Part shown: positions 19,878 to 30,543 of the stretch, piece after piece | How positions within the stretch are numbered: the first letter of the stretch is position 1 | Layout of the letters: every line of letters starts with the position of its first letter | NCBI GenBank assembly: GCA_964550455.1 | Contig: CAZJZG010000001.1 | Coordinates: 52,222 to 116,221 of the forward strand | Direction of reading: 5' to 3' | DNA length: 64,000 bases | Source of the DNA: an uncultured Bacteroidales bacterium | GTDB taxonomy: Bacteria > Bacteroidota > Bacteroidia > Bacteroidales > JAAYJT01 | The notes under the pieces: model-generated | Databases searched by the model: none | Told to the model about the DNA's origin: nothing | Seen by the model: only the letters and a program-made list of their open reading frames with translations | Program-made: the position numbers and the translations under genes

Positions 19878-20738
19878 ATGAGTAATGGGTATTACAGGCC
19901 AACGGGCTTTCAGGTATTGCCTCCGGTAGTAAAAAGCCTGCTTATCATTAATGGTTTGGCTTATTTGGCCACTATAGCACTTCAAAACTTTTTGGGTATT
20001 GACCTTATTGATAAATTCGGATTAAGATACATAGGAGCTGAAAAGTTTGCCTCGTATCAGTTCATCACCTATATGTTTTTACATGCAAACTTTGCTCATA
20101 TTTTTTTCAATATGTTCGCATTGTGGATGTTTGGAAATGCTTTGGAAAATGTATGGGGACCAAAAAAATTCCTGATCTATTATCTGGTTACCGGCATAGG
20201 TGCAGCTATCGTGCATTATATTACGATTTACCTGACCCTGAAACCGGATCTCACACTAATCAACAGGTTCCTTGCTGATCCTGGAATTGTGAACCTTAAT
20301 GACCTTATTGCGAACCATCGTTTTATGATAAATCAGTCGTCAGGCGAGATATGGGAACATTTTAACAGATTTAAAAGAGATATGACAATGTTAGATCATA
20401 ATCCGGGTAATTATGACGCCTTGCAACGCAATATTGAATTCATATCAGAATACAAGACATATTTTCTGAACCTGCCAAATGTAGTAGGAGCATCAGGTGC
20501 AGTTTTCGGGATACTCCTTGCTTTCGGAATGATATTTCCCAACTATATTATTTACATCTATTTTGCGATCCCTATAAAAGCTAAATGGTTTGTAATTTTA
20601 TACGGCTTGCTTGAGCTTTATCTCGGATTTTCGCAATCATCAAGTAATGTTGCTCATTTTGCCCATCTTGGCGGTATGATCTTTGGCTATTTTCTTATTA
20701 TTTTGTGGCGTTATAAAAATAAGCCCAATCATTATTAA
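19878..20738 (+). CDS. Rhomboid-family intramembrane serine protease
   Basis: Polytopic. Motifs HANFAHIFFNM, catalytic GASGAVFG, and the His context AHLGGM. Confidence 0.8.
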   Translation: MSNGYYRPTGFQVLPPVVKSLLIINGLAYLATIALQNFLGIDLIDKFGLRYIGAEKFASYQFITYMFLHANFAHIFFNMFALWMFGNALENVWGPKKFLIYYLVTGIGAAIVHYITIYLTLKPDLTLINRFLADPGIVNLNDLIANHRFMINQSSGEIWEHFNRFKRDMTMLDHNPGNYDALQRNIEFISEYKTYFLNLPNVVGASGAVFGILLAFGMIFPNYIIYIYFAIPIKAKWFVILYGLLELYLGFSQSSSNVAHFAHLGGMIFGYFLIILWRYKNKPNHY

Positions 20739-20740
20739 AT

Positions 20741-21664
20741 ATGTATCAGCAAACCACACTTCTTGACCGCTTAAAAACTTTTTTTGGCAGCTTTTCTGCT
20801 TTACCTATGCTAATTTTGATAAATGTTAGTATATGGTTGCTTATCAGGTTTTTAGGAGTTTTTGTATTCCTGTTTTCAAGCGGCGAAGGAAACACACTAC
20901 ATGTTTTAAATAACTTTGTTACACAATGGTTTGCTGTACCTGCCAACGTTGAAGTACTTCTTGCAAAACCATGGACACTTGTAACTTACATGTTTCTCCA
21001 CCTCGATTTCTTTCATATTTTGTTCAATATGTTATGGTTGTTCTGGTTCGGGCAGATATTCCTGCAATACCTTAATAATCGCCAGTTGACATTTACATAT
21101 TTTATCGGAGGATTGTCAGGTGGATTAATCTTTATTTTGTTTTATAATATTTTTCCTGTTTTTAAGGCAGCCTTGCCTAATGCGCTGGCATTAGGTGCGT
21201 CAGCATCGGTATTGGCAATTGTTGTTGCAATTTCTTTTTATGTACCAAACTACACAATTTACCTTCTTTTATTGGGACCGGTAAAACTCAAGTACATTGC
21301 TATTTTCAGTGTCATTGCCGATTTCTTTATGATCCAGTCAGGAAATGCCGGAGGACATATTGCACATCTTGGCGGGGCATTATGGGGGTTCATTTTCATT
21401 TATACCTTCAAAAAAGGATTTGATATGTCGAAATTCCTGAAATTTAATCTGTCAAAATCTGCTTTTCGGTTTAAAAGAAAGAAAAGATCGTCATTTAAGA
21501 ATGTTTATGTGAATGAGCGCCCATTGACTGACGAAGAATATAACCTCAAGAAAATTGAGAATCAGAAGAAAATTGACATCATACTTGAAAAAATTAAACG
21601 CTCAGGGTATGACAGCCTTAGCAAGGAGGAAAAGGATTTCCTTTTTTACAACAGCCGCAGATGA
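20741..21664 (+). CDS. Rhomboid-family intramembrane protease paralogue with basic C-terminal tail
   Basis: HLDFFHILFNM, GASASVLA, AHLGGAL. An extra C-terminal tail of about 90 aa is Lys/Arg-rich. Confidence 0.75.
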   Translation: MYQQTTLLDRLKTFFGSFSALPMLILINVSIWLLIRFLGVFVFLFSSGEGNTLHVLNNFVTQWFAVPANVEVLLAKPWTLVTYMFLHLDFFHILFNMLWLFWFGQIFLQYLNNRQLTFTYFIGGLSGGLIFILFYNIFPVFKAALPNALALGASASVLAIVVAISFYVPNYTIYLLLLGPVKLKYIAIFSVIADFFMIQSGNAGGHIAHLGGALWGFIFIYTFKKGFDMSKFLKFNLSKSAFRFKRKKRSSFKNVYVNERPLTDEEYNLKKIENQKKIDIILEKIKRSGYDSLSKEEKDFLFYNSRR

Positions 21665-21694
21665 TGTTTGCACATATGAATAATATCGGTTAGA

Positions 21695-22837
21695 ATGTCG
21701 TTAAGGAAAATTGGAAAGCAAATAGCAAGTTTCATTTCAGGCACTGCTTTACTGTTTAACTTTATAGCAGCTTTTGCCCTGCTGTTATGCTATCTGGCCC
21801 CCTACATAAATCCTGTTAAATTCTGGCCAATGATATTTTTTGCTCTTGCTTATCCTTTTCTACTAATTATCAATATTTTATTTGTTCTATACTGGCTCTT
21901 TCTATTCAAGCGATGGGTGTTCTTATCACTCATTACTATTATTATTGGCTGGTCTTATCTTACCGGTTTTATGAAAATCTCAGGCATTGAAGAAAATCCG
22001 GTTCAAAGCCAAAGCATCAGGATAATGTCATTCAATGTCAAGGATTTTGATAACAGAAACAGGATTAATAAAGAAACAGGCTACACAAAAAACAGGATTT
22101 TTGATCTGGTTAAGGCTGAAGCACCTGATGTAGTGTGTTTACAGGATTTCTATTATGATAATACAGCGGACTTTAACACCGTAGAGTCATTAACTACAAA
22201 ATATGAATTTCCATATTATTATACTGTGCCCCCAAATATACGTACCAGACAAAACTATCCGGGAACCGCGACTTTCAGTAAATACCCGATTATAAATGCC
22301 GGAACTCATGTTTTCAAAAGTCTGCCCGACTACGTTGGAACCATAACGGATATTGCAGTACAAACCGATACATTTCGGATACTTAATTTTCATTTTAAAT
22401 CCAATATGCTCAGTAAATATGAGCGTACAATATTTCATGAAATTCCTCAGACCAAAAACCAGGAAGAAACTGCGACTAAGTTTAAAGGCGTATTTAAAAA
22501 GGTAAAAGAATCCACAAAACTACGTGCCATACAATCAGTAGAAGTAAGGCAGATAATTGAAAAATCGCCTTTCCCTGTAATTCTTTGCTGCGATCTTAAC
22601 GATACACATACCTCATACACATACAAACAAATTACAAAAAACCTGACTGATTCATTTACAACGAGTGGCAAAGGCTTTGGCAGTACTCATATAGGTTTTT
22701 TTCCGGTTCTTCGTATTGATTATATATTTCATGGTCCTTTTTTCAAAGCATGGGGTTTTAAAACCATACGTAAGCATTTGAGTGATCATTACCCTATTGT
22801 TACGAACCTTTCCTACGAATCAGATGAAGGATATTAG
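21695..22837 (+). CDS. Membrane-anchored endonuclease/exonuclease/phosphatase (EEP) family protein
   Basis: Three to four N-terminal TM helices, then an EEP fold (IMSFNV, DVVCLQD, LCCDLN, C-terminal SDHYPIV). Confidence 0.7.
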   Translation: MSLRKIGKQIASFISGTALLFNFIAAFALLLCYLAPYINPVKFWPMIFFALAYPFLLIINILFVLYWLFLFKRWVFLSLITIIIGWSYLTGFMKISGIEENPVQSQSIRIMSFNVKDFDNRNRINKETGYTKNRIFDLVKAEAPDVVCLQDFYYDNTADFNTVESLTTKYEFPYYYTVPPNIRTRQNYPGTATFSKYPIINAGTHVFKSLPDYVGTITDIAVQTDTFRILNFHFKSNMLSKYERTIFHEIPQTKNQEETATKFKGVFKKVKESTKLRAIQSVEVRQIIEKSPFPVILCCDLNDTHTSYTYKQITKNLTDSFTTSGKGFGSTHIGFFPVLRIDYIFHGPFFKAWGFKTIRKHLSDHYPIVTNLSYESDEGY

Positions 22838-22889
22838 GAAGAAAGGTAAAACTCTAATAGAGTGATTATATGAACATTATAGCGACTTG

Positions 22890-23609
22890 TTAAAAGTTTG
22901 GTTTAAGTGCATACTTTTCGTAAAACTCTTCAATTTTCTGAACAGCTTCTTCAGCAGTATTCACCAGAGAGAATAAGTCCATATCCTCTTTACTGATTTT
23001 CCCTGTTTCAAGCAGACTTTCCTTTATCCAATCAATAAGACCTTCCCAAAAAGCTTTACCAACCAATACGATAGGGAATCTTATGAGCTTATGTGTCTGG
23101 ATCAGAGTTATGGCTTCAAACAATTCATCAAGAGTGCCAAAACCACCAGGCAGCACAATATACCCCTGAGCATAACGCATAAACATCACCTTGCGGACAA
23201 AGAAATAATCAAAATTGATAAGTTTATCGGGGTCAATAAATGGATTTGCAACCTGTTCATGTGGCAGCATTATATTTAATCCCACTGATTTTCCGCCACC
23301 AAAATGCGCACCTTTATTAGCTGCTTCCATTATTCCAGGACCGCCACCGGTTATAATACCGAATCCTTTTTTGGTTAGCAGATAAGCTATTTCTTCTGCC
23401 AGTCTGTAAGTTGGATCCCCTGGCCTGGTGCGTGCCGAGCCAAATATTGAAACACAAGGTCCAATCCTGGACAATGTCTCATAGCCCTCAACAAATTCTG
23501 CCATGATCTTAAAAACAGACCATGAATCATGAGTTTTAATTTCATTCCAGTTTTTGGGCTTAAACGCCTCTCTTATACGGTCTTCAGTATTAAATTCCGA
23601 TTTATTCAT
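22890..23609 (-). CDS. LOG-family (TIGR00730) nucleotide phosphoribohydrolase
   Basis: GGGPGIMEAANKGA and PGGFGTLDELFE motifs. 239 aa. Confidence 0.85.
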   Translation of the reverse strand: MNKSEFNTEDRIREAFKPKNWNEIKTHDSWSVFKIMAEFVEGYETLSRIGPCVSIFGSARTRPGDPTYRLAEEIAYLLTKKGFGIITGGGPGIMEAANKGAHFGGGKSVGLNIMLPHEQVANPFIDPDKLINFDYFFVRKVMFMRYAQGYIVLPGGFGTLDELFEAITLIQTHKLIRFPIVLVGKAFWEGLIDWIKESLLETGKISKEDMDLFSLVNTAEEAVQKIEEFYEKYALKPNF

Positions 23610-23675
23610 TTTTTATATTTCGTTTTTAATATTTTTCTGGAAAAATTTTGCTCAATAAACAAAATTCTAACCATC

Positions 23676-26543
23676 TCACAAATTTAATTCACTTTTAAGA
23701 AATTCAGCAGTATAACCTTTATTTTGTGCTACTATTTCTTCGGGTGTTCCTTCTGCCACAATATATCCACCTTCCTCCCCACCTTCAGGACCAAGATCAA
23801 TTATATAATCCGCAGTTTTTATGACCTCCATATTATGTTCGATCATGATTATGGAATTACCTTTATCTACAAGCCTGCTTAGCACATCCAGCAAAACTTT
23901 TACATCTTCGAAATGCAATCCTGTAGTGGGTTCATCAAGGATATAAAGTGTTTTGCCAGTATCTTTTCTTGATAGCTCGGTTGAAAGTTTTACACGCTGG
24001 GCTTCTCCTCCCGATAATGTAGTACTTCGCTGCCCCAAAGTAATATATCCTAATCCAACTTCTTTAAGGGTTCGGATCTTATGAACGATTGGAGGTATAT
24101 TTTCAAAAAACTCAAGAGCCTGATCAATGCTCATGTCAAGCACATCACTGATTGATTTAGCTTTATATCTGACCTCGAGGGTTTCACGGTTATAACGTTT
24201 TCCGTAGCAGGTATCGCATAAAACATGAACATCGGGCAGGAAATTCATTTCAATGACCTTCACACCAGCCCCTTTACAGGTTTCACACCGCCCACCTTTA
24301 ACATTAAACGAAAATCGTCCGGGTTTATATCCTCTTATATTTGCTTCGGGCAACTGAGCATATAATTTCCTTATTTCATCGAAAACACCTGTATATGTAG
24401 CAGGATTTGAACGCGGGGTTTTACCTATGGGTGACTGATCAATTTCTATGACCTTGTCAATATTTGATATCCCAAGAATCTTTTGATATGGAAGTGGTTC
24501 TTTTTCTGAACGATAAAATTTCTTATTTAAAATGGGGAATAAGGTATTATTGATCAAAGATGATTTTCCGCTTCCCGAAACACCTGTTACACAAATAAAT
24601 ATACCAAGCGGAATTTTTAAATCAATGTTCTTAAGATTATTGCCTGAAGCTCCTTTAAGCACAATGGTATTTCCATTGGGAATCCTGCGCTTTTCAGGAA
24701 TTGGAATAGATTTTTTACCACTAAGATAATCGCAGGTTATAGTATCACAATAATGCATTTCTTTAGGTGTTCCCTGAGCTACTATTTTCCCGCCTAAACG
24801 TCCTGCACCGGGTCCAATATCTACAACATGATCAGCGGAAAGTATCATTTCCTTATCGTGTTCAACCACAATAATTGAATTTCCAAGGTCTCTGAGATCC
24901 TGCAAAGCCTTTATAAGCCTTTGATTATCACGCTGGTGCAACCCTATACTTGGTTCATCAAGAATATATAACACTCCTACAAGCTGAGAACCAATCTGCG
25001 TTGCCAGACGAATTCGCTGCGACTCGCCACCACTGAGGCTGGCGGCAGGACGGTTCAGAGTAAGATAACCAAGCCCTACCTGTAAAAGGAAATCAATACG
25101 ATTATTTATTTCCCTTAATATTTCATGAGCCACTACCCTTCGGCGTTCGTCTATTCTGTCCTTTGCCTGATTTACCCATTCCCACAAATGAATCAGATCC
25201 ATTTTTGCCAGATCCGCTATTGAAGTATCTGCAATTTTGAAATGCAACGACTCAGTTTTAAGCCTTGCACCTTTACATACCGGACATTCTATTTTATTCA
25301 TGAAACCCGAAGCCCATTTTCTGATACCTGCTGAGCCGCCTTCATTATCCTGGTTCAAAATAAAATTTATAATACCATCGAAATTAAGGTTATATGTATT
25401 TGTTACCCCAAGATATTCATTTTTGACCTTTATAATTTCCTGAGTACCATAAAATATCTTATCCATGGTTTCGGGATTCAACTCACCAACGGGTGTATCA
25501 ATACTAAATCCCTGATTTTTAAGAATCCCTTCTATCTGTTTAAAAATCCAGCTCTCACGATATTCGCCCAATGGCGCAAGTCCGCCTTTTCGGATAGTTC
25601 TCGACGGGTTGGGCATTATCTTGTCCATGTCAGCTTCTGAGATCATACCCAGTCCATTGCAGCGCGGGCAGGCTCCATAAGGCGAATTGAAAGAAAAAGT
25701 ATTTGGTTCGGGCTCATTATAACTGATCCCTGACGAGGGATCCATTAACAAGCGACTGTAATATTCAACCTTTTCGGTATCATTATCCATCATCAGTAAT
25801 GTGCCACGCCCTAATTTCATTGTAGTTTGAACCGATTGTGTGAGGCGTCTCAATGAATTATCAGAAATATGCATATGATCCACAACCAGTTCAATATCAT
25901 GGATTATATAGCGATCTAACTGCATTCTTGCAACTAATTCCTTTATCTCACCGTCAACCCTGACTTTCAAAAAGCCCTGCTTACGCAGATTATCAAGCAA
26001 TTCGCGATAATGCCCCTTACGTCCTTTGACCAGTGGAGCCAGTATCAGCACATTCTTTTTATTGTATTTTTCTGAGATAAGTTGAATAATCTGATCTTCA
26101 GTATGCCTTATCATCTTCTCCCCGCTTATGTATGAGTAAGCGTCGGCAATGCGTGCAAAAAGCAATCGGATAAAATCATAAATCTCAGTAATTGTACCCA
26201 CGGTAGACCGGGGATTACGTCCGGAGGATTTTTGTTCAATTGCCACAACAGGACTCAAGCCTTTTATCTGGTCAACATCAGGGCGCTCAATATGACTAAT
26301 GAACTGACGGGCATAAGCTGAAAAAGTCTCCATATATCGGCGCTGACCCTCGGCGTAAATAGTGTCAAAAGCAAGAGAAGATTTTCCGCTCCCACTAAGA
26401 CCTGTGATCACAACCAGCTTATTACGGGGAATAATCAGATCAATATTCTGGAGATTATGAACACGGGCTCCAAGCACTTCTATTTTTTCGTCATATTGCC
26501 TAATGTGCTTATCCTTGCCTGTATTATTATTTTTGTTAAGCAT
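23676..26543 (-). CDS. uvrA: Excinuclease ABC subunit UvrA
   Basis: Two ABC modules (GLSGSGKSSLAFDT, GVSGSGKSSL; LSGGESQR, LSGGEAQR) plus zinc-finger Cys pairs. 955 aa. Confidence 0.97.
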   Translation of the reverse strand: MLNKNNNTGKDKHIRQYDEKIEVLGARVHNLQNIDLIIPRNKLVVITGLSGSGKSSLAFDTIYAEGQRRYMETFSAYARQFISHIERPDVDQIKGLSPVVAIEQKSSGRNPRSTVGTITEIYDFIRLLFARIADAYSYISGEKMIRHTEDQIIQLISEKYNKKNVLILAPLVKGRKGHYRELLDNLRKQGFLKVRVDGEIKELVARMQLDRYIIHDIELVVDHMHISDNSLRRLTQSVQTTMKLGRGTLLMMDNDTEKVEYYSRLLMDPSSGISYNEPEPNTFSFNSPYGACPRCNGLGMISEADMDKIMPNPSRTIRKGGLAPLGEYRESWIFKQIEGILKNQGFSIDTPVGELNPETMDKIFYGTQEIIKVKNEYLGVTNTYNLNFDGIINFILNQDNEGGSAGIRKWASGFMNKIECPVCKGARLKTESLHFKIADTSIADLAKMDLIHLWEWVNQAKDRIDERRRVVAHEILREINNRIDFLLQVGLGYLTLNRPAASLSGGESQRIRLATQIGSQLVGVLYILDEPSIGLHQRDNQRLIKALQDLRDLGNSIIVVEHDKEMILSADHVVDIGPGAGRLGGKIVAQGTPKEMHYCDTITCDYLSGKKSIPIPEKRRIPNGNTIVLKGASGNNLKNIDLKIPLGIFICVTGVSGSGKSSLINNTLFPILNKKFYRSEKEPLPYQKILGISNIDKVIEIDQSPIGKTPRSNPATYTGVFDEIRKLYAQLPEANIRGYKPGRFSFNVKGGRCETCKGAGVKVIEMNFLPDVHVLCDTCYGKRYNRETLEVRYKAKSISDVLDMSIDQALEFFENIPPIVHKIRTLKEVGLGYITLGQRSTTLSGGEAQRVKLSTELSRKDTGKTLYILDEPTTGLHFEDVKVLLDVLSRLVDKGNSIIMIEHNMEVIKTADYIIDLGPEGGEEGGYIVAEGTPEEIVAQNKGYTAEFLKSELNL

Positions 26544-26569
26544 GAACCCCCGGTTAAACTAAAAGTTTG

Positions 26570-26577
26570 CAAAATTA
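26570..26577 (-). promoter_or_regulatory. Candidate -7 box (TAATTTTG on the minus strand) for uvrA
   Basis: Plus-strand caaaatta, 27 nt upstream of the uvrA ATG (26543). Confidence 0.35.
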
Positions 26578-26759
26578 GCGAAAAATCCTGAGGGCTTGAT
26601 TGAATGTAATAGTACAAAAATGAAAGAATAATGATTTTATTAAAAATCTGAACCAAATTTTTAATCCGTGTAATGTAAAATGATATTCAGCTCTTTTGCT
26701 GCAGGTATTTAATGTTATGACGGCTGATGACATAAATTTTCAGTCAGGCTATTTTCGGT

Positions 26760-26792
26760 TTTGCAATTCAATTACAAAAACCCCTACTTTTG
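26760..26792 (+). promoter_or_regulatory. Candidate purL promoter: -33 TTTG (26760-26763) and -7 TACTTTTG (26785-26792)
   Basis: Both Bacteroidota consensus elements are present, 25 nt apart start-to-start. The -7 box lies 20 nt upstream of the ATG at 26812 and inside the TTG-initiated extension of the track ORF. Confidence 0.45.
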
Positions 26793-26811
26793 TACATCAA
26801 ACAATTACATC

Positions 26812-29800
26812 ATGATACTTTATTTTCAAGCAGAACACCCATTATTTTATGTAATTTCTTATTCAGAAAAACTTACAGATCAGACAATTGAGAAATTAAG
26901 ATGGCTATTTGGAAACGCTTCTTTTGTTGACAAAAGAGAGCTTGAAGGTTTTTTCATCGGTCCCCGGTGCGAAATGATAACTCCGTGGAGCACGAATGCT
27001 ATAGAAATTACCCAAAACATGGGTATAAGCGGAATAAAACGAATTGAAAAATTCTTTGCCGTTGAAAACGATAAAGCCTTTTACGACAAAATGTTACAAC
27101 AACTATATGAAGGCATTGATCAACAAATTTTTACAATTGATCGCAAAGCTGAACCTTTGAAGTCATTATATGATATTTCGGGCTATGATCAGGAGTTTGG
27201 ATTAGCATTGAGCAGTGATGAAATTGATTACCTTGAAGAACTAAGTAAAAAAATAAAACGCCCTTTGACTGATTGCGAAGTTTTTGGGTTTTCACAGATA
27301 AATTCCGAGCATTGCCGTCATAAAATTTTCAATGGTAAATTTATAATTGATGGTAATGAAAAGGATGAAACACTTTTTCAATTAATAAAAAAGACATCGA
27401 GACTTAATCCGGGCAAGATTATTTCGGCATATAGCGATAATGTGGCTTTCATACAAGGACCTGAGGCTATTCAGTTTGCGCCCTCAGTTCAGCATAAACC
27501 TGATTTTTTTGCACTTAAAGATATAGAAACCGTACTTTCACTTAAAGCCGAAACTCATAATTTTCCAACTACTGTGGAACCATATAATGGTGCTGCAACA
27601 GGCACAGGCGGCGAAATACGTGATCGTATGGCAGGAGGAAAAGGCAGCCTGCCACTTGCAGGAACTGCTGTGTATATGACATCGCATCCCAGACTTGACC
27701 CTTCATTAAGATGGCAATCCGCCCTGAACGAGAGGAAATGGCTATACCAGACTCCGCTGGATATTTTAATAAAAGCCTCGAATGGTGCCAGCGATTTTGG
27801 CAATAAATTCGGGCAGCCTCTCATATGTGGCAGCTTATTCACTTTTGAACACAATGAATCTGGAAAAATACATGGTTATGATAAAGTTATCATGCTTGCC
27901 GGAGGAATTGGTTATGCCAGAAAAGAAGATGCTATAAAAGGCAATCCTGCTCCCGGCGATCAGATCATTGTCATGGGTGGCGATAATTACAGGATAGGAT
28001 TGGGAGGTGGTGCTGTTTCGTCAGTAGCAACCGGCGAATATGCCAATCAGATTGAAATGAATGCAGTTCAGAGATCAAATCCCGAGATGCAAAAACGAGT
28101 TTTTAACGTAATAAGGGCAATGACTGAAATTGACGAAAACCCGATAGTTTCAATACATGATCATGGCGCCGGCGGACATCTTAACTCCATCAGCGAGTTA
28201 ATTGAAAATACAGGAGCTGTGGTCAATATGAATAAATTGCCGTCAGGTGATCCTACCCTTTCTCCAAAAGAACTGGCAAGTAATGAATCGCAGGAACGCA
28301 TGGGACTGGTTGTAAAGAGTAAGGATTTTAATTTGCTGAAACTCATTTCAGGACGTGAACGTGCGCCAATGTTTAATGTAGGAGTAGTTGGTTCAGACCA
28401 TCGTCTGGTTTTCGATAATCCTGAAGCAGATAATAAACCGGTTGATCTTGATATCAGTGATTTATTTGGTAAAGCTCCGCAAACTGTACTTAGTGATAAA
28501 CATTTGCAGCATACTTACAAGGACATTGAATATCAGGTAAATGAAACAGAACAGTATATTAAAAATGTTCTCCGGCTTGAATCTGTTGCCTGTAAAGACT
28601 GGCTTACCAATAAAGCTGATCGTTCAGTAACAGGAAAAGTAGGAATGCAGCAATGTACTGGCGAATTACAGTTACCTTTGAATAATGTTGGGGTAATGGC
28701 TATTGATTATCAAGGCATTAAAGGTGTTGCAACTGCAATTGGTCATGCTCCTTTGCCAGCCCTTATTGATCCTGAGGCAGGTTCGCGATTAAGCATTGCT
28801 GAGGCATTAACCAATCTGGTTTGGGCACCATTGGCATATGGACTGGCAGGAGTTTCATTAAGTGCAAACTGGATGTGGCCTGCAAAAAATGAAGGAGAAA
28901 ACAACAGGTTGTACCAGGCAGTGAAAGCAGCCAGCGATTTTGCTATTGCTCTGGGTATCAACATTCCAACAGGAAAGGATTCACTTTCAATGACTCAAAA
29001 ATATCCTGACGGAACAACCGTATATACTCCGGGAACTGTTATCATATCAGCCATTGCCGAAGTTGAGAATATTCAGAGAGTAATTACTCCGGTTTTAAAA
29101 GCAGACTTGTTAACAACGTTAATTTACATTGATTTCTCAAACGAACATTTTCAATTAGGAGGCAGTGCTTTTGCACAAACACAGAACAAAATTGGTAGCA
29201 AAGCTGTAAATATGCAGAATGCGGAATACTTTTCCAGGGCTTTTAATGCTGTGCAGACGCTCTTAAAAAAGGAAAAGATCATTGCCGGTCATGATATTTC
29301 ATCCGGAGGTTTGATCACCAGCCTTCTTGAAATGTGTTTTGCAGGAAATAACATGGGTTTGGACCTGAATTTCAACTCGCTGAATATTGAAGACACTGTG
29401 AAATTACTGTTTAGCGAGAATCCCGGAGTAGTTATCCAAACCAGCGACCTGGATTATGTAAGTGTTTTCCTTCACGAACACAATATACGTTTTCATGTTA
29501 TTGGGAAACCTGTTTTCGAAAAGAAGCTCAGAATCACAAATCATTTAACCAAACTGTATCTGGATTTTGAAGAATACAGAACAATCTGGTTCAAGACTTC
29601 ATACCTTTTTGATCAACATCAATGTAAAAAGGGATTTGCAGAGAAACGTTTTGCAAACTTCGATAAGCAACCGTTAAACTATAAATTTCCGGAGCAATTT
29701 ACCGGGTTGTTTAAGCAATATGGTATTGATCCTGCAAGGAGAAATCCCGGTGGTATAAAAGCTGCCATTATTCGCGAGAAAGGCATTAACGGAGACAGGG

Positions 29801-30513
29801 AAATGGCATGGGCACTATATCTTGCCGGTTTTGATGTAAAAGATGTACATATGACAGACCTGATTTCCGGGCGTGAAACTCTGGAAGACATACAAATGAT
29901 AGTTTTTGCCGGTGGTTTTTCAAATTCAGATGTGTTTGGCTCAGCAAAAGGCTGGGCAGGAGCATTCTTATATAACCCTCCCGCAAAAAAGGCTATTGAG
30001 AGTTTTTATTCCCGTCCTGATACCCTCAGTCTTGGCGTTTGTAATGGTTGCCAGCTTATGATAGAACTAAATCTTATCAATTATGATAAGGACATAAAAC
30101 CAAAAATGCTGCTAAATGAATCAGAAAAATTTGAATCATCATTTCTTACAATTGAAATAACTGACAATCATTCTGTTATGTTAAAATCATTATCAGGCTC
30201 ACGGCTTGGTGTTTGGCTTGCAAATGGTGAAGGAAGATTTAGCCTGCCAGCAATTGAAAACAGCTATCATATTCCTGTAAAATATTTTTACAATGATTAT
30301 CCGGCTAATCCGAATGGTTCAGAATACAAAGCTGCAGCACTATGTTCCACTGATGGGCGTCACCTTGCTATGATGCCTCATCTTGAGCGTTCTGTATATC
30401 CATGGCAATGGGCTTTTTACCCTGATGATTTAAGGAAAAATGAAATTTCGCCATGGATTGAAGCATTTGTGAATGCCAAAAACTGGATCAGAAGAATAAA
30501 CGAAAACAAATAA
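26812..30513 (+). CDS. purL: Phosphoribosylformylglycinamidine synthase (single-chain large PurL)
   Basis: NSEHCRHKIF motif, AIR-synthase-like repeats, C-terminal glutamine amidotransferase (GVCNGCQ, MMPHLER). Start moved to the ATG at 26812 because of the promoter boxes above. Confidence 0.93.
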   Translation: MILYFQAEHPLFYVISYSEKLTDQTIEKLRWLFGNASFVDKRELEGFFIGPRCEMITPWSTNAIEITQNMGISGIKRIEKFFAVENDKAFYDKMLQQLYEGIDQQIFTIDRKAEPLKSLYDISGYDQEFGLALSSDEIDYLEELSKKIKRPLTDCEVFGFSQINSEHCRHKIFNGKFIIDGNEKDETLFQLIKKTSRLNPGKIISAYSDNVAFIQGPEAIQFAPSVQHKPDFFALKDIETVLSLKAETHNFPTTVEPYNGAATGTGGEIRDRMAGGKGSLPLAGTAVYMTSHPRLDPSLRWQSALNERKWLYQTPLDILIKASNGASDFGNKFGQPLICGSLFTFEHNESGKIHGYDKVIMLAGGIGYARKEDAIKGNPAPGDQIIVMGGDNYRIGLGGGAVSSVATGEYANQIEMNAVQRSNPEMQKRVFNVIRAMTEIDENPIVSIHDHGAGGHLNSISELIENTGAVVNMNKLPSGDPTLSPKELASNESQERMGLVVKSKDFNLLKLISGRERAPMFNVGVVGSDHRLVFDNPEADNKPVDLDISDLFGKAPQTVLSDKHLQHTYKDIEYQVNETEQYIKNVLRLESVACKDWLTNKADRSVTGKVGMQQCTGELQLPLNNVGVMAIDYQGIKGVATAIGHAPLPALIDPEAGSRLSIAEALTNLVWAPLAYGLAGVSLSANWMWPAKNEGENNRLYQAVKAASDFAIALGINIPTGKDSLSMTQKYPDGTTVYTPGTVIISAIAEVENIQRVITPVLKADLLTTLIYIDFSNEHFQLGGSAFAQTQNKIGSKAVNMQNAEYFSRAFNAVQTLLKKEKIIAGHDISSGGLITSLLEMCFAGNNMGLDLNFNSLNIEDTVKLLFSENPGVVIQTSDLDYVSVFLHEHNIRFHVIGKPVFEKKLRITNHLTKLYLDFEEYRTIWFKTSYLFDQHQCKKGFAEKRFANFDKQPLNYKFPEQFTGLFKQYGIDPARRNPGGIKAAIIREKGINGDREMAWALYLAGFDVKDVHMTDLISGRETLEDIQMIVFAGGFSNSDVFGSAKGWAGAFLYNPPAKKAIESFYSRPDTLSLGVCNGCQLMIELNLINYDKDIKPKMLLNESEKFESSFLTIEITDNHSVMLKSLSGSRLGVWLANGEGRFSLPAIENSYHIPVKYFYNDYPANPNGSEYKAAALCSTDGRHLAMMPHLERSVYPWQWAFYPDDLRKNEISPWIEAFVNAKNWIRRINENK

Positions 30514-30543
30514 AATCAATCACTTACAAATAATTCTTTGAGT

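Noticed and set aside
19878-21664. Tandem rhomboid protease genes after mutL as a possible novelty.
   Set aside because: As far as I recall, the mutL, rhomboid, rhomboid, EEP arrangement is a common conserved Bacteroidota housekeeping cluster. Nothing in the sequence is unusual beyond the basic tail of the second copy.
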